From NCBI GenBank assembly GCA_038231435.1, contig JBBRLJ010000005.1, forward strand, positions 32,001 through 96,000: a DNA stretch of 64,000 nt, given 5' to 3'. The position numbers and the translations under genes were made by a program. The number at the start of each line of letters is the position of its first letter. Within the stretch, counting starts at the first letter, position 1. The notes under the pieces are model-generated. The model was not told the DNA's origin. It worked only from the letters and a program-made list of their open reading frames with translations, and searched no databases. Shown here piece by piece: positions 57,545 to 64,000 of the stretch. This DNA is from Planctomycetota bacterium. GTDB taxonomy: Bacteria > Planctomycetota > UBA11346.

Positions 57545-57727
57545 ATGAGCACCAACGACCCAGCTACATGTGCGGCGGCGATCGAATTGGCGGATGCCAT
57601 CCTGGCCGAATTCAACGACTCGAGCAGCAAGCTGAAGGGATTCGGGACCGTCTCGATCGAGAAGCTCGTCGCCTACGAGAAGGTTGTCGCGAAGGCACTC
57701 AAGTCGAAGGCCAAGCGTCCGAGCTGA
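57545..57727 (+). CDS. Small hypothetical protein (60 aa)
   Basis: Fills the intergenic gap with plausible codon use; no motif. Confidence 0.4.
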   Translation: MSTNDPATCAAAIELADAILAEFNDSSSKLKGFGTVSIEKLVAYEKVVAKALKSKAKRPS

Positions 57728-57761
57728 GCGCGGGTCCACCAGCCGCGCGTCATACGACCGC

Positions 57762-57794
57762 TTGATAAGATTTCAGGTTTCACAAAATTGAAAT
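57762..57794 (+). promoter_or_regulatory. Putative ars promoter/ArsR operator
   Basis: AT-rich imperfect palindrome ATTTCAGGTTT-CAC-AAAATTGAAAT (57770-57794) preceded by TTGATA, ending 1 nt before the arsR ATG. Confidence 0.6.
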
Positions 57795-57795
57795 T

Positions 57796-58155
57796 ATGAG
57801 CCCAGCCAAAACCGATCCGGCCTGTTGCGCTTCGCAAGCGGACTGCGGTACGAGGCCCAAGGGCAAGCGCGGCAAAGTCCTTTCAGCCTCTGCCGCGCAC
57901 GTGGCCATGTTCAAGGCGCTGGCACATGCCGGACGGCTTCGCGTGTTCTTCCATCTCGTCCAATCGGCACGGCCCCTGCCGGTGAATGAGGTGCAGGCGG
58001 CCCTGCGCATCCCCGCGCCGACGCTGTCCCACCATCTCGACCGCCTGGCTCGGGCCGGCCTGATAGCGCGACGCAAGCAGGATCGCTTCATCTACTCCGA
58101 AGTCCGGCGCGACGAGATCGTCGACCTGGTCCGGCTGCTCACGGCGTGCTGCTGA
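57796..58155 (+). CDS. arsR: ArsR/SmtB-family repressor
   Basis: FKALAH..RL..F, TLSHHL..L..AGLI, C-terminal CC; leads an aquaporin-arsC operon. Confidence 0.88.
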   Translation: MSPAKTDPACCASQADCGTRPKGKRGKVLSASAAHVAMFKALAHAGRLRVFFHLVQSARPLPVNEVQAALRIPAPTLSHHLDRLARAGLIARRKQDRFIYSEVRRDEIVDLVRLLTACC

Positions 58156-58156
58156 T

Positions 58157-58921
58157 ATGGACTTCACGCCAACCTTGGCGCGCCGTCTGGCGGCCGAGGG
58201 CATCGGCACTGCGTTGCTGCTCGCGGCGGTGGTGGGCTCGGGAATCATGGGCGAGCGCCTCGCTGGAGGGAATACGGCGGTCGCGCTGCTGGCCAACTCC
58301 ATCGCCACCGGCGGGGCGCTGGTCGCGCTGATCCTGGCTTTCGGGCCCGTCTCCGGAGCGCACTTCAATCCGCTGGTGACTCTTGCCGCCGCCAGCCGGG
58401 GCGGTGGTGGTAGCAGTCGGAGTAGGATGAGCTGGGGAGATGCGCTGGCCTACATGCTCGTGCAGCTGTGCGGGGCCGTGCTCGGAGTGGCGGTGGCGGA
58501 CCTCATGTTCGACCTGCCCGCGTTCAGTCCATCGCAGCATGCACGGCAGGGCTTCGGCCAGCTGCTGAGCGAAGGCGTGGCGACCTTTGGGCTACTGGCG
58601 GTGATCTGGGGCTGCTCACGCCAGCGCGCTCCGTCACCGGCGTTTGCCGTGGGCGCCTACATCGCCGCGGGCTACTGGTTCACCGCGTCCACGGCCGTGG
58701 CGAATCCGGCCGTGGCCATCGCGCGTTCGCTGACCGATACCTTCTCGGGCATCCGGCCCGAGGACGTACCCGCGTTCATCGCCGCGCAGATCATCGGCGC
58801 CACCGCGTCCACGGTGCTCTTCCGCTGGCTGGTGCCCGAGCTTGCGCGGCGGACGGAACATGGGGCGGAGCCGGACGGTATCGCCGATTCTCCGGCCAAG
58901 GGCGTCGAGCGACGCGGATGA
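58157..58921 (+). CDS. MIP/aquaporin-family channel, arsenic-associated (AqpS-like)
   Basis: 'AE..GT..L...VVGSGIM', [10 protein letters not shown], '[16 protein letters not shown]...R..TDTF.GI'. Confidence 0.9.
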   Translation: MDFTPTLARRLAAEGIGTALLLAAVVGSGIMGERLAGGNTAVALLANSIATGGALVALILAFGPVSGAHFNPLVTLAAASRGGGGSSRSRMSWGDALAYMLVQLCGAVLGVAVADLMFDLPAFSPSQHARQGFGQLLSEGVATFGLLAVIWGCSRQRAPSPAFAVGAYIAAGYWFTASTAVANPAVAIARSLTDTFSGIRPEDVPAFIAAQIIGATASTVLFRWLVPELARRTEHGAEPDGIADSPAKGVERRG

Positions 58922-59349
58922 AGAGCAGGGTCTTGTTCGTCTGCATCCACAACAGCGCGCGCAGCCAGATGGCCGAGGCATTCCTGGGCGCCTGCTGTCC
59001 AGAGAGATTCGAGTCCCACAGCGCCGGCATCGAACCCGGGAAGCTGAATCCGCTGGTTGTCGAGGCGATGCGCGAACGCGGCCTCGACATCTCGGGGCAT
59101 GCAACCAAGAGCGTGGTTGCGATGCTCGCCTCGCGCATGGCCTTCGAGTACGTGATCACCGTCTGCGACGAGACCAGCGCCGAACGCTGCCCGGTATTTC
59201 CCGGAGTGGTCAAGCGGCTGCACTGGGGATTTCCCGATCCCTCGAGCTTGACCGGGACGCACGAGGAGAAGCTGGCGGGCACGCGCGCGATCCGCGACCA
59301 GATCGAGCGCCGGGTCGCGCAGTGGTGCGCCCAGGTCTGCGCTGCGTGA
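58918..59349 (+). CDS. arsC: Arsenate reductase, LMW-PTP fold
   Basis: [13 protein letters not shown]-loop, ITVC..CP.FPG, HW.F.DP, IRDQI; ATGA overlap. Confidence 0.92.
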   Translation: MKSRVLFVCIHNSARSQMAEAFLGACCPERFESHSAGIEPGKLNPLVVEAMRERGLDISGHATKSVVAMLASRMAFEYVITVCDETSAERCPVFPGVVKRLHWGFPDPSSLTGTHEEKLAGTRAIRDQIERRVAQWCAQVCAA

Positions 59350-59395
59350 CGTCGCGAGTCGCGCCGCGAGCGAGCACCGCGGAAACCGCCGTCTC

Positions 59396-59692
59396 TCACG
59401 AGCCGGTGTCGTCGCTCGCCATTCGCCCGTACCCGTTGAAGCGCAGCGGGAACTGGCCCTTGAGCGCGTGCTCCTTCCAGCCGGGAATCCGCGCCGCCCA
59501 GCCGCGCAGATACTCGACCTCGCGCGACGAGATCGCTCCACTGTCGTTGCCGCCCGCCGCCTGGAAGTAGCTCATCAGCACCACCGCCGGCCGTTCCGCG
59601 ATGCCGGCCTGGAGCGCGGACCTGGCGTTGCGCCACCACGCGCTCCGGCGCGCCCAGGGCGCGATCGACACGATGACGATGAAATCGCTCAT
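59396..59692 (-). CDS. Hypothetical protein
   Basis: Short ORF co-oriented with the upstream kinase operon; no motif. Confidence 0.3.
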   Translation of the reverse strand: MSDFIVIVSIAPWARRSAWWRNARSALQAGIAERPAVVLMSYFQAAGGNDSGAISSREVEYLRGWAARIPGWKEHALKGQFPLRFNGYGRMASDDTGS

Positions 59693-59785
59693 ACGGCTAA
59701 CGCGCATCGTAGCCATCGGCGCCTGGCTGCCATCGCGGACTTGGCCGGTCGGGTCATCGATGGCTGCCGGCCGACCGGCCGGCCC

Positions 59786-60376
59786 TCAGCGCAGATCCGC
59801 GGCGAATCCGATGGCGATCAAGACCACGGCCAGCGCCGCCGCGACGATGCTCCGTCGCCAACCCACGCCCGACCCGCCACGATAGCCGAGGACCAGACCC
59901 ATTGGCGAGAGCGCCCACAGCCCGAGCGCGACCAGTGCGGCGCCGGAAATGATCAGGATCGGCACCGGCACGCCGAGCGCGCGCAGCTCTCCGGCATCGC
60001 ACGCCGGCTCGCTCCAACCGGCGCACAGATAGACGCCGTTCGCGACCAGGCAGAGGCCGAGGAACAGACGCGCGTAGCCGCCGAGCGGCGTGCGCACGAG
60101 CGCCAGCAGGGCCAAGGCGGGCAGGAGGCAGCCGCACGCCGGACCGGCCCAGGTGTCGATCACCGGCGAACGCGATCCCGAGCGATCAGTCCGCGACCAG
60201 GCGAGGGGATGGAGCACCACGTGTTCCACCGTGCCGCCCAACGCTTTCACGGCGAGTATGTGCCCGGCCTCGTGCGCTGCCTGCAGCAGCAGCCAGCAGG
60301 AGATCAGCACGGCGGATCCATGCACGATCGCCGCCAGCCTCTGGCGCGCAACACGCGGCGATTCCGCGTGGTTCAT
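59786..60376 (-). CDS. Small membrane HExxH protein, peptidase M50-like
   Basis: HEAGH within TM context, 'WAGP', 'NG.Y...DA' segment; ATGA overlap with the kinase stop. Confidence 0.7.
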   Translation of the reverse strand: MNHAESPRVARQRLAAIVHGSAVLISCWLLLQAAHEAGHILAVKALGGTVEHVVLHPLAWSRTDRSGSRSPVIDTWAGPACGCLLPALALLALVRTPLGGYARLFLGLCLVANGVYLCAGWSEPACDAGELRALGVPVPILIISGAALVALGLWALSPMGLVLGYRGGSGVGWRRSIVAAALAVVLIAIGFAADLR

Positions 60377-63300
60377 GGCGCGGGAGCGAGCTGCCGTGCG
60401 CGCCATTCGACGAACAGGTTGAGCGCGGAGTCGACCTCGAAACCCCGGCGGTACAGCGGCAGCGCCAGATAGGCGCGGTAACTGTCCAGCGCCTCGACCG
60501 GCCGGCCTTCGCGTTCCCGGCGCATCCCTTGGCAGACGTACAGGTCGGCGTCCGCGTAGATGCAGTGCTCCTGCTTCAGGTACCCCGCCTCGTCCATCCG
60601 GCCGAGCAAGTACATGGCCTGGTACCAGGGGCGCTGCTCGAAATCGTAGCGCTCGTGCTCGGCGATCTTCTGACACTGGGATTCGAGCGCGGCGACATTT
60701 CCGTCGAGGCCGACCAGGAAGGGGTGGACGAAGCGGTGCAGGAACTGCACGTTCCAGTGTCCGAGGGTCTCTCCGGGGATCCTGGCGAAGAGCTCGCGTG
60801 CATGGTCGTAATCGCCGGCGATCCATGCGCGCATCGCCAGCAGCCGGCGCGCCCAGGAGTGGTAGTCGTTGTCGGACTGGGTGATGTCGAGCACCTCCTG
60901 GGCGCGACCTTGGGCCAACAGCGCCATCGGACGTGCCTTCGCATACGTCACCTCGTCCGCCCGGCCCGCCAGGCAGAGCGCGCGGGCACAATCCCACGGC
61001 TCCGTCGGCAGGCGCGTCGGCACCTCGTCCATGCGCCCGAGCGAGCACAGCGCCATACCCACCGCCGAGGGCACGTCGCCGAAGTCCGCGAGCACCTGCT
61101 CGGCGTGCCCACGTTTCCAGAGTCCGACAGCGGCCAGGGTGCGGTGGTCGTGGGCATTTATCAGCGACGACTGCCCAGTCAGCAGCGCCGCCACGGCGTA
61201 TTCGCGCCGCTGATCGGGATAGCGCAGGACGATGTCCTCGATGCGATTCAGCGCGCGCAGTGCCAAGGTGCACTGCAGGCGCTGATGCGGAAAGCGCGCC
61301 AGCAGCTCCTCGTTGCGGCCGAGGAACAGCAGGCACATGGCGACGTTATTGTCGACGGTGGTCTGGTCCGGGAACACCTGGTCGTGGACCTCGACATAGC
61401 TCGCGACGCGCGGGGTGTCCTTGGCGTCGCGCAGGGCGTCGACATGGTTCGCCCAGCGCATGGCGATGAGCTTGCGCGTCGGCGCGGTCGAGGCGCGGTA
61501 CACCCCGGGCAGCTCGGCCAGCAGGCGCTCGTGCTTCCCCTCGTCGAACAGGGCGTCGAGGCGGTGGACGCGCACCAGCTCCTCGCGGTCAGTTCCGGCC
61601 AGCGGCCCCCAGAGCTCGAATGCCTGGGCGTGGTCCTGCTGCCACCAGCGGCACAGCCCGGCGCGGTAACGCGCCTCGTGGCCCAGTTCGGTATCGGGAT
61701 GCGCCACCGCCACGCGCAGGTATTCCTCGACCGCCTGGTCGTAGCGCTGCGAGCGGGCGTACGAATCGCCGATCGCCGTCGCCGGCACCTTCTGCGGCGT
61801 GCCGCGCGCGTAGAGGCGGACGTTGTCGAAGGCCTTGCCCTGGTAATAGCCGTAGAGCGCGATGTAGCCGCTGGCGAAGGGCAGCTGATCGAGGTGCTCG
61901 CAGAGCTGCCTACCGTCGACCGACAGGGTCATGCGGTTGTCCTCGATCTCGGCGCGCACGTGGTAGGTGTGGCCGGCCAGCGGACGGAACTCGTTGTACG
62001 CGAGATGCTGGTTCACGCCCTTGATGATGGCGGTGTAGGAGCCGTCGAAGGCGCCGATCTGCAGGCTATACGGTTCGATCATCTTGGTCACGCGCGTGGC
62101 GTCATCGCTGAGCTCGATGTCGCGACACCACATCAGCGAGATGTCGCACTCGCGCGAACCGGGCAGGATCTCGGCGTCGTACTCCACGGCGATTGCGCCC
62201 CACTGCTTCTTTCCATACACCAGCACCGAGCTGTAGTCGTCGGAAGTGATCAGGCGGCCATCGCGACGGGTGAAGCCTCCCTTCATCGGCCGCCACTCGT
62301 CCTTCCAATGATCGTCCGAGAACGTCTCGTCGAGGATAGGCCGGCCCCAGGTCGCCATCTCCTTCAGGCGTTCGCCGTACAGCGCCGCCGCCAGCGACAG
62401 CACCACAACCGCGGCGGCGAGCGTCGGCCACAGCACGCGCGCGTGACGTCGATGCCAGCGCGCGATCATTTCGTAGGGCGAATCACGGTGCGCACTGACT
62501 GCCTGGCCCTCTTGGTAGCGGGTCAAGTCCTGCAGCAGCGCGTCAGCGCTCTGGTAGCGCTGGGCGGAGTCTGACGCGAGCGCCTTCAAGGCGATCGCGA
62601 GCAGCGCGGCCGGGGTCGCGGCGCGCTCGATGGGCGTCGGCGGTTCGATGACGCCTTCGCGCTTCATGCGCCAGAACTCGTCCGGATCGTCGGACCAGGT
62701 CGGGCAGCGCAGGGTGAGAGCGTGGAAGAGCGTGGCGCCGAGGCAGTAGATGTCGCTGCGTTCATCGACGCGTTCGCGCCGCGCCTGCTCTGGGCTCATG
62801 TACAGCGGCGTGCCGTAGAGGCGCGGCGCCGTGCCCGGCACCAGCCGCACCGCGCTGCCCCAATCGACCAGCAGCACCTCGCCGTAGTCGCCGAGCATGA
62901 TGTTGTCGGGCTTGACGTCCTGGTGCACGATGCAGCGATGATGTGCGTAGGCGAGAGCTTGGCAGACATCGATGACGACATTGACGATAGCGTTCGGCGA
63001 TGAGATGGCCTGGGCGCGGCTGGCATGGGTCGATTGTGCGATGGCCGCGCCGAGCGAGCGGCCATCGATCTGCTTCATGCTGAAATAGACCTGGCCCAGG
63101 TCGTTGATGTCGAGCTCGTGCACCGGGAGGACGTTCGGATGCTGCAGCGATGCGGTGATCTGCGCCTCGTCGATGAAACCGTCGATCTCCTCGTCGCCAG
63201 CGGATGCGCCGAGGAATTTCACCGCCACCGGCCGCCCGAGATTGCGGTCGAGCACCGAATAGACCTGGCCGGTGGCGCCGAGTCCGAGCACGCGCTCGAT

Positions 63301-63558
63301 TTCGAAGCGTTCGCCGGCGGGACGATTGGTGGTCCGACCGTGCCTGCGCAACAGCTCGACCAGGCCCGGACGCTGGAAACGTGGAGTATCGTCGGGGCTT
63401 GTCTTGGTGGCGAAGCCGCGGTCGGATTCGGCGACGTGCTTGCGCAGGCCGTCGGGCGAGAACGCCTCCTGGGGAATGGTGCGCGAGAGGGGCGCGGTGC
63501 GCGCCGCCGGATCGCGGGACGGGGCGGGCTCTATCGGATCAGGGGATTGCGTGGACAC
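60373..63558 (-). CDS. Membrane Ser/Thr kinase with a lectin/ConA-like beta domain and TPR-like repeats (start uncertain; ORF extends to 63624)
   Basis: LGLGATGQVY, VAVK, HQDVKPDN, DWG, GTPLYMSPEQ; one TM; 'GYIALY....AFDNVRLY' beta-sandwich end; helical repeats. Confidence 0.9.
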   Translation of the reverse strand: MSTQSPDPIEPAPSRDPAARTAPLSRTIPQEAFSPDGLRKHVAESDRGFATKTSPDDTPRFQRPGLVELLRRHGRTTNRPAGERFEIERVLGLGATGQVYSVLDRNLGRPVAVKFLGASAGDEEIDGFIDEAQITASLQHPNVLPVHELDINDLGQVYFSMKQIDGRSLGAAIAQSTHASRAQAISSPNAIVNVVIDVCQALAYAHHRCIVHQDVKPDNIMLGDYGEVLLVDWGSAVRLVPGTAPRLYGTPLYMSPEQARRERVDERSDIYCLGATLFHALTLRCPTWSDDPDEFWRMKREGVIEPPTPIERAATPAALLAIALKALASDSAQRYQSADALLQDLTRYQEGQAVSAHRDSPYEMIARWHRRHARVLWPTLAAAVVVLSLAAALYGERLKEMATWGRPILDETFSDDHWKDEWRPMKGGFTRRDGRLITSDDYSSVLVYGKKQWGAIAVEYDAEILPGSRECDISLMWCRDIELSDDATRVTKMIEPYSLQIGAFDGSYTAIIKGVNQHLAYNEFRPLAGHTYHVRAEIEDNRMTLSVDGRQLCEHLDQLPFASGYIALYGYYQGKAFDNVRLYARGTPQKVPATAIGDSYARSQRYDQAVEEYLRVAVAHPDTELGHEARYRAGLCRWWQQDHAQAFELWGPLAGTDREELVRVHRLDALFDEGKHERLLAELPGVYRASTAPTRKLIAMRWANHVDALRDAKDTPRVASYVEVHDQVFPDQTTVDNNVAMCLLFLGRNEELLARFPHQRLQCTLALRALNRIEDIVLRYPDQRREYAVAALLTGQSSLINAHDHRTLAAVGLWKRGHAEQVLADFGDVPSAVGMALCSLGRMDEVPTRLPTEPWDCARALCLAGRADEVTYAKARPMALLAQGRAQEVLDITQSDNDYHSWARRLLAMRAWIAGDYDHARELFARIPGETLGHWNVQFLHRFVHPFLVGLDGNVAALESQCQKIAEHERYDFEQRPWYQAMYLLGRMDEAGYLKQEHCIYADADLYVCQGMRREREGRPVEALDSYRAYLALPLYRRGFEVDSALNLFVEWRARQLAPAP

Positions 63559-63906
63559 GGGATGGAACGGCGCGAGCCGTGCCCAGAGGATACATCGCGT
63601 AGCGGCCGTGTGGTCGGTGGACAACCCGTCGATAAGTCCAAATTGACCCTACCGACCTCGCGATACGATGCGCCCATGGCCCAGCCACAGCGCTCACCCC
63701 GGGATTTTCCCGGCCTGATTCCGGCACACCAGCTCCCTCTGCCGGCCCTTCGGATCGGATCGTCCGCGCGCATCACCATGCGCATCTCCGCGCCCACATG
63801 GTCGGGCTCATGCGACTGCTGCTCGACTACGGCGATGAGATCGCCGAGCTGAAGGACCGGGTGCGGAGATTGGAGGAGCGGCGCGAGCCGTTCTCGGTCG
63901 ATGATA

Positions 63907-63953
63907 GTTGAGTTGAGCTAAGCTGAGTTGAGCTGAGCTGGGCTGGGCTGGGC
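63907..63953. repeat. Degenerate pentanucleotide tandem repeat (GYTGR, 9 units)
   Basis: GTTGA GTTGA GCTAA GCTGA GTTGA GCTGA GCTGG GCTGG GCTGG GC. Confidence 0.85.
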
Positions 63954-64000
63954 GCCCTCGCCGATCAGCCCACGCCATTCGAGGGCATCCCGTGTAGACG

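Noticed and set aside
63907..63953. Resemblance to immunoglobulin switch-region GAGCT/GGGCT repeats (contamination)
   Set aside because: Under 50 bp and embedded in continuous bacterial-type sequence; coincidence is more likely.

Overview
GC-rich bacterial chromosomal DNA, probably from a Planctomycetota-like lineage. That assignment is inferred from two large membrane Hanks-type kinases, a GYF_2-PrsW fusion, a double ABC-2 permease, a lipid A-type acyltransferase and outer-membrane barrels. About 47 genes were called; no rRNA, tRNA, CRISPR array, integrase or transposase was seen. Recognisable modules are a GH65 fragment, a secreted clan GH-A glycosidase, a sugar ABC pair, a NarX/NarL-like pair ahead of nirB-nirD-narK and a fused assimilatory nitrate reductase, an RND pump, an fsr-like MFS and an arsR-aquaporin-arsC operon. 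Four items stand out. (1) An apparently coupled four-gene operon at 17170-25685: an inner-membrane Ser/Thr kinase with periplasmic CsgG/FlgT-like domains, a TPR lipoprotein with the same domain pair, a FadL/PorV-like barrel and a large Ig-repeat protein with a Cys-containing C-terminal sorting signal. This is a candidate trans-envelope signalling system. (2) A GTAG-type REP/BIME-like palindrome cluster lying in frame in the 5' end of that barrel gene. (3) A porin plus small binding-protein pair divergent from two histidine kinases. (4) A 21-codon uORF coupled to the fsr-like exporter. All assignments come from reading motifs by eye; no database search was run.
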